IMG/VR virus record: IMGVR_UViG_3300048849_000134
Location: 1 to 55,101 of that record
Reading direction: 5' to 3' (one strand)
Length of the DNA: 55,101 nucleotides
Source of the DNA: a virus
Lineage: Duplodnaviria; Caudoviricetes
A program made the position numbers and the translations under genes. Under the pieces are notes generated by a model. The model had not been told where the DNA came from. It did no database searches and saw nothing but the letters and a program-made list of their open reading frames with translations. Positions 28,257-38,461 of this stretch are shown in pieces (the stretch's first letter is position 1; every line of letters starts with the position of its first letter).

Positions 28257-29333
28257 ATGGAAACATCAATTTATAAACAATACGTAGATAAGTTATTCAA
28301 GCCCGTTTCCCACGGTGTTATTGAAAAACTTAACGGATCTGAAAACGCATTAACGTACAGACACAAAACCATGTTGCGTGATGAATTCTCCGTTTCTGGT
28401 AAATGGGATTCAATCACCATCAATGGAACTTTGGTTGCTGCCGATGTGGTTGCCTTAGATTCACCATTGCCATTAAAAACCCGCGATTCGCTTTCTAAAG
28501 CATCCGGTGACATTCCTAAGAAAGGTATGGAGCTGAAGTTGAACGAGCAGCAAATGCAGGACATTGATACGCTTATCGCTACCGGCGGTCAAGATGCTGT
28601 CATTAACCAAAAATTGTTTGCAGATACCCCGAAAGTAATTGGTGGTATCTATGAAGAAAACGAAGCTGAGTTCTTGCAGGGCTTATCTACGGGTGTTGCC
28701 CTGGTTGACGCTAATAACGTTGGTACAGGAATCCGGGTAGATTATAAATACCCTGCTGAAAACAAGTTTGGTGTATCGAAACTTTGGAGCGATGTTACAT
28801 CCACTCCACTAACTGACATTGCAACTAAGATTTTAGCTAAAGCAAGCCTAGATGGTAATATGATCACTAAGGTGATGATTGATCCTGCAACGTTTGCGAA
28901 CATCGCTAAGAGCAATGAAGCCAAAGATTTGTATGCTATGTATATCGGAAACTTTGGAACAACTAAACCAACTCCGAACAAGGCACGCTTGAATGAGGCT
29001 GTTAGTCAGGAATACGGATATGTGTTCGATGTTGTGGATCGTACTGTGATCTTCGAAAAGAATGGTATCAAAACTCCGGTTAAGCCATGGGCTGCAGGTG
29101 CTGTTGTTGGCTTGGGTGGTGAAATTGTAGGTACGCTTACATATGCCAAACTTGCTGAGCAAAACCACCCTGTAGCAGGAGTAACTTACGAGTTGGTTGA
29201 TGGCAAGATCCTGGTATCTAAATACCGTCAGAACAAACCATCATTAGGGGAATTCACAAGCTCACAGGCTCGTGTTGTGCCAATCGTAAGTGAGGCGGTT
29301 TACCTAATTGATTCAACAACCGTTCAAGCCTAA
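28257..29333 (+). CDS. Major capsid protein
   Basis: VAADVVALDSPLPLKTR..GDIPK; 358 aa; position. Confidence 0.88.
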   Translation: METSIYKQYVDKLFKPVSHGVIEKLNGSENALTYRHKTMLRDEFSVSGKWDSITINGTLVAADVVALDSPLPLKTRDSLSKASGDIPKKGMELKLNEQQMQDIDTLIATGGQDAVINQKLFADTPKVIGGIYEENEAEFLQGLSTGVALVDANNVGTGIRVDYKYPAENKFGVSKLWSDVTSTPLTDIATKILAKASLDGNMITKVMIDPATFANIAKSNEAKDLYAMYIGNFGTTKPTPNKARLNEAVSQEYGYVFDVVDRTVIFEKNGIKTPVKPWAAGAVVGLGGEIVGTLTYAKLAEQNHPVAGVTYELVDGKILVSKYRQNKPSLGEFTSSQARVVPIVSEAVYLIDSTTVQA

Positions 29334-29503
29334 TGAAACAGGAAGCTAAAGACAAACAACCAGGTAAAAGTTATCTGGTTGTTCAAGAGTTCCGCGACAA
29401 AGACAACTTTGATCTGATCCACCAGGTGGGTGCAGATGTAAGCGAACTTCCAAAGGATCGTTTAGCTGAACTGGTAGAAAAAGGGCTGATCAAAGCACAA
29501 TAA
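29333..29503 (+). CDS. Small head-associated protein (56 aa, not in track)
   Basis: EFRDKDNF..VGADVS..RLAELVEKGLI; TAATG coupling. Confidence 0.65.
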   Translation: MKQEAKDKQPGKSYLVVQEFRDKDNFDLIHQVGADVSELPKDRLAELVEKGLIKAQ

Positions 29504-29507
29504 AGAT

Positions 29508-29822
29508 ATGACGATAAAAGAAGCCTTTGCAATCAAAACAAAGAACCTGTTACTAACCGATAAGGAATTAGACCTATATCTACTTGAAGCAGGACTAGAC
29601 GGATCAGCCGAGTATGTTTATGCAGACCACGGCAGGCCTGTTGATTTGACCTATGCAGAGCTTCTTTTATCTGCTATTTATGTGTCCGAGAAACGCGAGG
29701 ATGATGTATCAGTTAAGTATACTGCTGACATCAAGGGTATATATTCCGCTATCATGCGCAGGTGGGGATTAATTGATCCGTTTGCAGCCGGTAGGCCAAC
29801 AGTTAAACGATTGTATGTATAA
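29508..29822 (+). CDS. Head-tail adaptor (DUF6706-like)
   Basis: MTIKEA..; position after MCP. Confidence 0.65.
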   Translation: MTIKEAFAIKTKNLLLTDKELDLYLLEAGLDGSAEYVYADHGRPVDLTYAELLLSAIYVSEKREDDVSVKYTADIKGIYSAIMRRWGLIDPFAAGRPTVKRLYV

Positions 29823-30148
29823 TGAAACTGTTCAGACCTCACACCCTATCTTTTACCACAGGTGGCACCCCTCCCGGTCAGGATGCTGACGGATTACCGA
29901 CTGAAGGAACTCCGGGCGTTACGGTAACTATGCCCTGCCGATTCCATTTAGGAGGAAGTAAGGTATTCAGGAACCAGGATAGTACGGAAAGTTTGCAGAT
30001 TGGGCGTATTCGGATAGACGATGGGTTGGAATTACCTAGTGTTGGTCAGGAGATCACAGTAACCGATAACCGCGATAGTGGTGTGGTATTCAATGGTCCA
30101 GTTAAGCAGGTCTACCCTGCCTCACTTAGTTCAAGGATTGAGGTATGA
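29822..30148 (+). CDS. Head closure protein
   Basis: Beta-rich, PCRF motif; position. Confidence 0.6.
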   Translation: MKLFRPHTLSFTTGGTPPGQDADGLPTEGTPGVTVTMPCRFHLGGSKVFRNQDSTESLQIGRIRIDDGLELPSVGQEITVTDNRDSGVVFNGPVKQVYPASLSSRIEV

Positions 30149-30603
30149 TAAGTATTAAAGCTGAGTTCGACCTAGCCGCCTTAGATCGCTTCGTACAGGA
30201 GCAAACAGATCAATGGCTGGATAGCCTGATGGAGAAGTACAGAAAGGCTGGATTGCAGTTCGTTGAAAGGGCGCGAAGCAAGACAAAAGCTGCAGACGGA
30301 TCATTTGGAAACATTACCTGGAACCTGCGTAGTTCAATCGGTTACCTGCTGATGCGTGATGGAAAAGTGATTGAATCCTATTTTCCGACACTCCAAGGTG
30401 CTCCGGAAGGATCTGTCACCGGCGATGCGTATGCTAGGCAAATCGCAACCTCCAATGAGTTTGACCAGGGTATTGCTTTGATCTGCGTTGCAGGGATGGA
30501 ATATGCCTACTACGTTGAAGCCAAAGGATATGATGTAATCTCCGGATCATCTGATCACTTCGATACTGAATTAACCTCACTACTATTCAACGGGCAGGGC
30601 TAA
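30145..30603 (+). CDS. Neck protein (HK97 gp10-like)
   Basis: TWNLRSSIGY...VAGMEYAYYVEAKGYDVI. Confidence 0.8.
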   Translation: MISIKAEFDLAALDRFVQEQTDQWLDSLMEKYRKAGLQFVERARSKTKAADGSFGNITWNLRSSIGYLLMRDGKVIESYFPTLQGAPEGSVTGDAYARQIATSNEFDQGIALICVAGMEYAYYVEAKGYDVISGSSDHFDTELTSLLFNGQG

Positions 30604-30604
30604 T

Positions 30605-31009
30605 ATGAAAGACGCAATTGATGTAACACTGGACGTTCGGAACCTACTGAATATCCCTGCCGTGACGGGTTTACTTACTGGCAGCATTTGGCAAACAGAG
30701 AAGCCAACGGGCAGGCAGACGATTTCCGATATTGTGGTTAATTGTTCGTCAGTTACTAACAACCAGGATCAAGTGGCGCGGGTGAACGTAGCGGTTTACT
30801 GGCCGAACCTATCGAGTGGCCTTGCAGATCAAGCAAACCTTAGAAGGGTTGGTAAGATCGTAACAAGCTACCTAGATACGCAGTGGAAAGACGCGTTTCA
30901 TTGCTACGTTGAAGATGGCGGGGTGATCGTGAAAGACAGTGATGGTAGCAATTTTTACAACATCCGGGTAGTTTACCGGGCACTACAAAACAATTATCAA
31001 AACATTTAA
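30605..31009 (+). CDS. Tail terminator
   Basis: DIVVN..VNVAVYWPN; position. Confidence 0.65.
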   Translation: MKDAIDVTLDVRNLLNIPAVTGLLTGSIWQTEKPTGRQTISDIVVNCSSVTNNQDQVARVNVAVYWPNLSSGLADQANLRRVGKIVTSYLDTQWKDAFHCYVEDGGVIVKDSDGSNFYNIRVVYRALQNNYQNI

Positions 31010-31037
31010 CCGCCCATAAGGGCCAAATATTTTTATC

Positions 31038-31598
31038 ATGGCAAAAACAATATTAAGCGGAGTTGAAACCATTGAATACGCTCCTGCATCAGCTCTTGGA
31101 GTAGTTACCGATGCGAACTGGAAAAAGATCGAACACATCACTATGGGTTCTGTAAGTCATGTAGAAGGCACACAAACTAAAAATGATGTGTTCGAGGAAG
31201 ATAGTGACGTTGCGGCATTCAGTACTTATTCCCCAGCCGAAGGTGATCAGCTAATTTTTAGCGTGTTGGATCAAAACCCAACATTGTTGCAGGAATTGTA
31301 TAATGTTAAATGGACAGCTGCAACCTCTGAAATGGCTTTTAAGGCTAGAAAAAAAATTGCAAACCTTGCCTTTCGTCTAACCTCGCGTCCTGTTGAAGGT
31401 CGTAAATTGGTTTACACCTACTTTAACACGGAAGTTCAAACAACTTCTGATGGCGCAATTACCAAAGACAATGCACAAAGCAAAGTGCTTACCGCAACTC
31501 TTAAAGGCTACCGCCCTGCTGGAGAAACGGAGGATTTCATTTACAGCAAAAAAATTGTTGCTGCTGATGGTACAGTTATCAACTCAACTGCCGCCTAA
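31038..31598 (+). CDS. Major tail tube protein
   Basis: Size, T/S/E-rich beta composition, position. Confidence 0.75.
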   Translation: MAKTILSGVETIEYAPASALGVVTDANWKKIEHITMGSVSHVEGTQTKNDVFEEDSDVAAFSTYSPAEGDQLIFSVLDQNPTLLQELYNVKWTAATSEMAFKARKKIANLAFRLTSRPVEGRKLVYTYFNTEVQTTSDGAITKDNAQSKVLTATLKGYRPAGETEDFIYSKKIVAADGTVINSTAA

Positions 31599-31798
31599 TG
31601 GAGACGTACAAAGTCAAACAGTTTTTCACAGACCTTAAGACAGGTGATGAAAGACATCCTGGCGACCTTGTAGAGTTCAGTCAGGAACGGGTTAAAGAGA
31701 TACAAAAAGTAGATCCTGAGTTGATAGAACTGCATAAAGTAGACGTCCTCCCCGATCCTGAGCCGGTGACACTGCGCAAGGCAAACACTAAAAAGTAA
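31598..31798 (+). CDS. Small hypothetical protein
   Basis: FTDLKTG..GDLVEF..ERVKEI. Confidence 0.65.
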   Translation: METYKVKQFFTDLKTGDERHPGDLVEFSQERVKEIQKVDPELIELHKVDVLPDPEPVTLRKANTKK

Positions 31799-31850
31799 AA
31801 CCTTAACCCCTTGCATTTGTGAGGGGTTAAAAATTACCCAAACACACTAC

Positions 31851-32348
31851 ATGACAGAAGATCAAATAATCAGCGCCTCAGTCGATACGTTCCTGGAAAA
31901 GGAGAAGTATAGCTTTACGGTGGCTATTGCAGAGCCCAAACGCAGCCTATGGGCATGGATCAAGCGCAAGCCGTTGCAGACGGAGCGCACATTCACAATC
32001 TATCCCTGTAAAGCCGCTAATATGGCCCGTATTGCAGGCGTAGCTGTTCGTATGCCCAACAAGCTGGATGGAGGCACGAAAGAGGCGGTTTACCTGCCAC
32101 TAATTGTTAGTCACATGGATGACGTTCTATACACCGTAGCCGCCGGGATCCAAAACAACAAGCATGAGCCGAATCCTGCTTTGATCGAATTCCTAAGGGA
32201 TAACGCTGATGCCATTGATTTGTACAAGGCCGCATACTTCGTTTTAGAGAACGTTAACATGGAGTCTTTTTTCAACACTATTGTCTTAATAAAGGGATCA
32301 GTAACGATCATCAAAAAAGAGACAAGTCCGGTAGACAGGAGCGAGTAG
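31851..32348 (+). CDS. Tail assembly chaperone G
   Basis: After tail tube gene; slippery T-TTT-TTC at 32267-32273. Confidence 0.75.
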   Translation: MTEDQIISASVDTFLEKEKYSFTVAIAEPKRSLWAWIKRKPLQTERTFTIYPCKAANMARIAGVAVRMPNKLDGGTKEAVYLPLIVSHMDDVLYTVAAGIQNNKHEPNPALIEFLRDNADAIDLYKAAYFVLENVNMESFFNTIVLIKGSVTIIKKETSPVDRSE

Positions 32349-32539
32349 ATAGCCTCCTACATTCAGTATTTGCTAGTGCATCCAAACATTATGGGTGGAC
32401 ACTTGGTTTTGTGCAGTGGGGCCTTAGTTGGGATAACTTCGTTTTGTACATGGCTGTTATTCCGGGGTATGATAGCGATGAGCAGGGTGAGTCGGGTAAA
32501 GAAAAGGTCGAGGTTAAGGATATTTGGGAAGTATTTTAA
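32267..32539 (+). CDS. Tail assembly chaperone GT extension via -1 frameshift
   Basis: -1 frame open 32258-32539 with no early ATG; HYGWTLGFVQWGLSWDNFVLYMAVIPGYD. Confidence 0.7.
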   Translation, partial: FFQHYCLNKGISNDHQKRDKSGRQERVDSLLHSVFASASKHYGWTLGFVQWGLSWDNFVLYMAVIPGYDSDEQGESGKEKVEVKDIWEVF

Positions 32540-32546
32540 AAATTCT

Positions 32547-32586
32547 TACTACGAATTTGTTATCGTTAATATTTTTACTATATTTA
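32547..32586 (+). promoter_or_regulatory. Class A motif copy 7 with -7 box
   Basis: TACTACGAATTTGTTATCGTTAATA (identical to copy 5) then TATATTTA. Confidence 0.8.
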
Positions 32587-32609
32587 CATCATATATAAAC
32601 ACATACACC

Positions 32610-32903
32610 ATGTTCATTTTAAGAAAAATTAGTCCCAACTCCTTTGGGCAAGAAAACCTACAAATAGGTGATTTTTACAGGTTAAGCCATTTCATATACA
32701 CACCGGCTGATTTCAAGGAAGCTTTAAAAGAGTTTGACGGATCGACAGAGGTCGATAAGGTTTATGGATTCGTCCATTATAATAATGGTCACGACATCTA
32801 TCCGCTCTACAACGGTGATCAGTACTATATCATGACCGAAAACGGTAAGACCTTTGACAACTTAACAAACAAGTTTTACGAATCTAACCAACCTGAGGGC
32901 TAG
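32610..32903 (+). CDS. Conserved hypothetical phage protein
   Basis: MFILRKI...YYIMTENGKTFDNL; start placed after promoter. Confidence 0.75.
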   Translation: MFILRKISPNSFGQENLQIGDFYRLSHFIYTPADFKEALKEFDGSTEVDKVYGFVHYNNGHDIYPLYNGDQYYIMTENGKTFDNLTNKFYESNQPEG

Positions 32904-33454
32904 CGTCATGGAATGGAGTGAATACCAAGAGGCAAACCCGCCAAAAGGGAGGATGTCTAAAAAGAAAATAGATAAACACTACAAAGGTCTTTTTGTATCG
33001 TGGTTCAACTTATATAGAAGACCTGGATTAAAGCTAATTAAGGATGCGGAAAACATACTAAACGGAAAATCATGACAAATTTAGAATTACAAGAGGCATT
33101 AAGGCAGTTACCTGACGACTTAGAAATCAGACTGGGCACATGGTACAACGAAGTTAATTTTTTAGATAGGCGAACAGTTCGTATCAATTGTGAAGAATAC
33201 GATATAATATCGATCAGCGACGAAGACCCCGACGAATGATTAACCAAACCCCTGCTTAGCAGGATTAACATAAAACGAGCTATGACAAAATTACACATCG
33301 ACAATTACCCTGAGCTACTTCAGTGGTGCAAGAATAACCTGAGTGACAATCGGTATGAAGTATACCGTAATTGTATAACTATCACCTGCAAAGACAGTAC
33401 AGAAAAAAGAATGATCCGTGATCAGGTTAACGGTGCTAGATTGATTGCTGTTTA

Positions 33455-33808
33455 ATGAAAGCAATGAAGGTAATTGAAGTTGACATACCTATATATTTTG
33501 GGTGCCTTAGAATTGTAGTCGCTAAGAACTTCATAAAAGCCACTAAGAAACTAAAGGTAAGCAACGAGGGTAAAGATCTTAATTCTTTCGGTGCATTTGT
33601 TTGTGAATCCATTTCAAATGGAAAAACATACCATAATTTATTCATTAGACCTAACATCGATCATGACCTTATAGCGCACGAAGTAGTCCATTTGGTCAAC
33701 TCTATTTACATCAAGTGTCATATTATTTTGGATCCTCATAATGATGAGCCACAAGCCTATTTAACCGCATGGGTTACGGACCAGATTTACAAGGCTCTTG
33801 ACAGGTAA
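33455..33808 (+). CDS. HExxH motif protein
   Basis: LIAHEVVHLV...NDEPQAYL. Confidence 0.7.
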   Translation: MKAMKVIEVDIPIYFGCLRIVVAKNFIKATKKLKVSNEGKDLNSFGAFVCESISNGKTYHNLFIRPNIDHDLIAHEVVHLVNSIYIKCHIILDPHNDEPQAYLTAWVTDQIYKALDR

Positions 33809-33832
33809 CCCCCTCCTTACTCCTACCTCAAC

Positions 33833-33877
33833 GTAAGCCCCTATCCCCCATTCCCACCAACCACACAGGTAACTTTG
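33833..33877 (+). promoter_or_regulatory. Class B (late) promoter, tape measure operon
   Basis: GTAAGC 33833; TAACTTTG 33870. Confidence 0.75.
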
Positions 33878-33881
33878 GGTC

Positions 33882-34394
33882 ATGGACCCAATTCTTAAAA
33901 CGTACATTTTAGACCATGCACCAAGCGGCATGTGTGATCCCGGTATTACCGGGGTTATATCTGCTGACAGTGTTGATGATCTACTGAACCTGTACAAGCA
34001 GCATATTGATTTCTCCCTATCTGAGGATTTCCCCTCTTCTGCCGACCTTGCTAAGTACGGTGGTGATGAACTGGAACGGCATGGCATCTACATTGGTTCT
34101 ACCATTCCCGATCTGACCATTACGGATAAGGGTTTTCTGGTCCTGCTTGAATCCTGCAAGGCGCAAGTGCAGTGCAAAGGATTCAGTGCATCTGAGATCT
34201 ACGTCAAGCATACCTCACAGGCCAACATAAGCGTACAAGGCTCCGCATTCGTTCAGGTTGATGTATTCGACTCAGCGCGCGTAGAGGTAAGTAATACCGG
34301 CATTGGCAGGGTTACAGTCAATGTGTACGGCAATGCAGTGGTCAAGTCAAGTGGTCAGGTTAAAGTGGTTTACAAACATAAGAAAACGTACTAA
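33882..34394 (+). CDS. Conserved phage protein with beta-repeat C-terminus
   Basis: Repeating V-x-V-F/Y-D/G-x-A units; coupled to TMP. Confidence 0.7.
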   Translation: MDPILKTYILDHAPSGMCDPGITGVISADSVDDLLNLYKQHIDFSLSEDFPSSADLAKYGGDELERHGIYIGSTIPDLTITDKGFLVLLESCKAQVQCKGFSASEIYVKHTSQANISVQGSAFVQVDVFDSARVEVSNTGIGRVTVNVYGNAVVKSSGQVKVVYKHKKTY

Positions 34395-37300
34395 TGGGTA
34401 AAGTAAATGGGAACGGCTCTCTTTCATTCAAGGCTGGATTAGATATATCCGAGGTCCAAAGGAACGCTGAGGAACTTAGGAAAATTTTAAAAGACCTTAA
34501 AATACAGTCTAGCGCCGCAACAGCAACAGGTGCAGTTCCAGCATCCAACACTCAAGGTGTGAATGCCTATCGTGAGGCGCAACTCAGAATGCAGCAATCT
34601 TTGCGCGACTCAAGGCTTGAAACACAAAGGTTAAAGCAGGAGCAACAAAATCTCCGTAATCAATTCGAACAAGGGCGCGTAAGCCAACAAACATACAGGA
34701 CTGAAGCTGATCGATTAAGGGCTGAGTTGACCGCATTAAGGCTCGCCACTGCACAAGCTAGGACAGTCCAGACAGCGACAAACGGATCTTATAAAGAGGC
34801 TCAGCAGCGACTTACTGCATTAGGCAATGAAATCAGGAATACAACCGGCGGCTTTAGTAGTCAAACTCCTGCCTTAAGAGCAAAGATTAAAGAATACAAC
34901 GAGCTAAATGATCGCCTAAAGCAGTTCGACGCGACAATGGGTAACCACGGGCGTAACGTCGGTAATTACAGGCAGGAAATTAAAGGCGCGGCTTCTGATC
35001 TATTGAGTTTCGCTACATCTTACCTCTCTGCCGGAGCAGCCTTGCAATATGTGTTTCAATCAACATTGAAATTCCAGTCAATTAAAACGCCTTTAACCTA
35101 TATTTTAGGTTCTGAAGGGGATGCCAACAACAAACTTGCTGAGCTTAAGCAATTAGCTAGTGATTTGGGTATAGAATACTTCGCGTTAGCTGATTCTTAC
35201 CGTTCGTTTTCTGCTGCCGCACGTGCATCAAACTTTGATTTAGATAAGTCAGAAAAGATATTCCGTTCAGTTGCGAAGGCTGGGGCTGTTCTACACCTTA
35301 GTTCGGATCAGATGAGTGGAGCGCTCCTTGCTATCCAGCAGATGATTAGTAAAGGAAATGTTCAGGCCGAAGAATTACGTGGACAGTTATCTGAGCGTTT
35401 ACCGGGGGCGTTCTCGCTTGCGGCAAAAGCTATGGGGGTAACGGAACAAGAGTTAAATAAGCTGCTTCAAACAGGCAGCGTCGTTGCTTCCGACTTACTT
35501 CCAAAATTAGCTGATCAGTTAGATAAACGTTACGGTGATAAAGCTGCAGGAGGTATCCATGGGCTTAATTCTGAATTGAATGGGCTTATCTCGGCTTTAC
35601 AATCTATGGCTGGTGAAGGTAAGTGGAGCGAAAAAGTCTTTGAACCGATAATTCGTGGAGCTAAAAACCTAGCCAGGGAGCTATCGTATGTGTTTAGGGG
35701 ATCAACAATGGAAAACCTTAAGTACCTGTTAACCTTTAGCAACAAGGACATAGCTAACCAGCGCAAAGCATATGATCTAAGAGATACAAATGCAAATAAC
35801 ATAAATGCTCTTCAGGCATCGAAGAAAAATAACATCTCCGATCTGGGATTGGGCGATCTTCGCACCGCATACACTCAAATAGATGCCACGTACAAGCAAG
35901 CAGTTCGTGATTATAAAGCATTTGAAGCGGGCGTTAAGAATGGGAGTTTAAAAGAAACAAACAAGGCTACCGTTGCATCATTCTTTAATGTAGCCGCTGG
36001 ACTTCGAGAAGAACGTAAGAGAATCGCTACCGAATTGGATAAAGCAAAATCTGAGCAGGTAAAAGGTAATAAGGATATTGCAGATTCTGCATTGACAGCA
36101 GTAGCAGACATCCGTAAACGTATCACCCAACTTCAAAAGCTATCTGGATCAGCAGATCCTGGAAGTGATATAGCAAAGCGTATTGAGGCATTACAAGCAA
36201 GGATAAAGAAAGGTGGTGATGCGGCAGGCAAAGCCCAGGAGAGCGCATTGAAAAGACAACGTGCTTTGCAGGCTGAAATAGATGCGCTCACTAAAAAAGG
36301 AGTCGCTAGCAAGCTGGATGCAGATCAACAGGAGATTGTCAGTGTTGAGAATAAGTACAAGAAGCTACGCGAAAAAGCGATTGCATTCAATAATGCGAAG
36401 GATAGCAAAGGCCAGAAAGTAAACCTGAGCGGGCTCGATAACGCAGAAACTGCTGAGAAAAAGGAGATCACAGATAAGAGCGCGACTAAAACACTAAAGG
36501 GCACGCTCGATACACAGGCAAAGTACTACAGCGAGTTTGAGGATCTAAAAAACCGAATTGGTGAAGATAAAGCAAAGGAACGGTATGCAAAGCTGATAGA
36601 TACTGATAAAACATATTTAGATACTTTGAGGGAAGCGCAAGAAAAGTATGCCGCAAATCCTTTTGCAATGAAGTTGCTAGCGGAGGAATCTGCAGCCGCA
36701 AATGTCGATATCCAAAAGGTAAGCGACGAACGTTATGCACGCGCCTTACAGGCTGCAACTACTCACGCTCAGGCATTAGCTGCTATTGATCGCGAGTATA
36801 ACGAGAATGTAAAAGCATTAGGCAAAGACGCAACAGCCGAGCAGATCGCGAACCTGAACAGGCAAAAAGCCGAGGCTATCCGCAATGCCAATGAAACCAA
36901 TGCCTACCTGAAATCAGGCTATGATGAGTTGATGCAGAACTTTGATGCTATGACCAGGGGGCAGATACGTGAGCGTTTGGAGGCTATTAAGAAAGGCTAC
37001 CAGGACGAATATAAGGCAGGCAAGTTAACCGCGGAACAACTGGCAAACCTAGTCGGTCCCATCAATGATGGTATTGCTAAACTCGATGGTAACAATTCAT
37101 TCAAACAAGTAACGTCTGCTATTAAAAACTACCGGGAACAAGTTAAGTTGCTTGGCAAGGATAGCGAAGGTGCCAAAGAAGCGCAAAAAGGCATGTTTGC
37201 GGCAATGGCTCAAGGTGCTGCCGATATCAATGAGGTACTTGGAGAGGTGGCAGGATCACTGGAACAGCTTGGTATTGGTGGCGAAGGGTTGCAAAATGCC

Positions 37301-38368
37301 TTTAAGAACGTACAGGGTGCCGTTGACGGGATTGGTAAGATCGGTAAAGGACTTGCAACTGGCAATCCTGTAGATGTTGTTACGGGTAGTATCAAGCTGC
37401 TAACAAGTGCGCTCGGCTTGTTCAATACCAAAGATAAAAAGCTGCAAAAGCAGATTGATGGGTATAAGGACCAAATAGACAGCCTATCCCGGTCCTACGC
37501 TGCATTAGATCGGGCCGTAAACAATAGCGTTGGAGAGTCTTTCTACACGGACAGCAGAAAGGAAATTGATAACCTGATGGCTCAGCAAAAGCTACTGATC
37601 GCTATGCGGGATGCTGAGAGCAAAAAGAAGAAAAGCGATAAAGATAAGATAGCTGAGTACAATGCCCAGATTGATGAGATCCCAAACAAGATAGCAGATA
37701 TCAACAAGGCTATCTCAGAGAACCTAATACAGACCCATTTCAAGGACTTATCCAACAACCTAGCCGATGCCCTAGCCGAGGCATTCGCAAGCGGTGAGGA
37801 CAGCGCAAAAGCATTTGATAATGTATTTCGCGGGGTGATTAGTAATGCCGTTAAGAACTCGCTCAAGTTGAAGATCCTGGATCCAATCATCAAGAAGTTT
37901 ACGGATGATCTGACTGAATACGCAGAGGGGAATGACAACAGTGTAATTGGCTTTGATTTCAATGCGTATAAGGATCAGCTGAAAGCAGCAGGCGATCTAT
38001 TCAGCGCAGGACTGAAAGGCAGTGAGGAATACTTTAAAAGCGTTGGGTTGGATGCAGGTACTGTGGCGAGTGCGAATGGCGGTATAGCGTCTAAGGGTAT
38101 TACTGCCATTACCCAGGAAACCGGAGGTTCAATAGATGGTACGTTAAGAGCCCAATACGACATAACCAAGCAAAGCAATACGCAGCTGGTTACATTGAAT
38201 AAGGTTACTTTCGATGCTTTCAATATCGCCAAACAAAACCTGGATGTGGCGGTTCAAATCCAACTAAACACGCTACGTACCGCGAATAACACAGACGGGA
38301 TTGGACCTAAGCTGGATAAGATCATTACCAATACCTCATCGCAATCGAGCCGGGGATTGACAGGATAA
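34394..38368 (+). CDS. Tape measure protein
   Basis: 1324 aa coiled-coil; QMISKGNVQAEELRGQLSERLPGA tape-measure domain. Confidence 0.93.
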   Translation: MGKVNGNGSLSFKAGLDISEVQRNAEELRKILKDLKIQSSAATATGAVPASNTQGVNAYREAQLRMQQSLRDSRLETQRLKQEQQNLRNQFEQGRVSQQTYRTEADRLRAELTALRLATAQARTVQTATNGSYKEAQQRLTALGNEIRNTTGGFSSQTPALRAKIKEYNELNDRLKQFDATMGNHGRNVGNYRQEIKGAASDLLSFATSYLSAGAALQYVFQSTLKFQSIKTPLTYILGSEGDANNKLAELKQLASDLGIEYFALADSYRSFSAAARASNFDLDKSEKIFRSVAKAGAVLHLSSDQMSGALLAIQQMISKGNVQAEELRGQLSERLPGAFSLAAKAMGVTEQELNKLLQTGSVVASDLLPKLADQLDKRYGDKAAGGIHGLNSELNGLISALQSMAGEGKWSEKVFEPIIRGAKNLARELSYVFRGSTMENLKYLLTFSNKDIANQRKAYDLRDTNANNINALQASKKNNISDLGLGDLRTAYTQIDATYKQAVRDYKAFEAGVKNGSLKETNKATVASFFNVAAGLREERKRIATELDKAKSEQVKGNKDIADSALTAVADIRKRITQLQKLSGSADPGSDIAKRIEALQARIKKGGDAAGKAQESALKRQRALQAEIDALTKKGVASKLDADQQEIVSVENKYKKLREKAIAFNNAKDSKGQKVNLSGLDNAETAEKKEITDKSATKTLKGTLDTQAKYYSEFEDLKNRIGEDKAKERYAKLIDTDKTYLDTLREAQEKYAANPFAMKLLAEESAAANVDIQKVSDERYARALQAATTHAQALAAIDREYNENVKALGKDATAEQIANLNRQKAEAIRNANETNAYLKSGYDELMQNFDAMTRGQIRERLEAIKKGYQDEYKAGKLTAEQLANLVGPINDGIAKLDGNNSFKQVTSAIKNYREQVKLLGKDSEGAKEAQKGMFAAMAQGAADINEVLGEVAGSLEQLGIGGEGLQNAFKNVQGAVDGIGKIGKGLATGNPVDVVTGSIKLLTSALGLFNTKDKKLQKQIDGYKDQIDSLSRSYAALDRAVNNSVGESFYTDSRKEIDNLMAQQKLLIAMRDAESKKKKSDKDKIAEYNAQIDEIPNKIADINKAISENLIQTHFKDLSNNLADALAEAFASGEDSAKAFDNVFRGVISNAVKNSLKLKILDPIIKKFTDDLTEYAEGNDNSVIGFDFNAYKDQLKAAGDLFSAGLKGSEEYFKSVGLDAGTVASANGGIASKGITAITQETGGSIDGTLRAQYDITKQSNTQLVTLNKVTFDAFNIAKQNLDVAVQIQLNTLRTANNTDGIGPKLDKIITNTSSQSSRGLTG

Positions 38369-38387
38369 CACATACCAACAACCGCAC

Positions 38388-38432
38388 GTAAACGCGCTTC
38401 CTATATGTTGGGAGTGCGTTTAGGTAATTTTA
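38388..38432 (+). promoter_or_regulatory. Class B (late) promoter, tail-tip operon
   Basis: GTAAAC 38388; TAATTTTA 38425. Confidence 0.7.
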
Positions 38433-38461
38433 CAGTAGCCCTCACATGGGTGAAACAACAC

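Noticed and set aside
32370-32609. N-terminal extension of ORF 32370..32903
   Set aside because: Overlaps the GT frame and the class A promoter; the likely start is ATG 32610.
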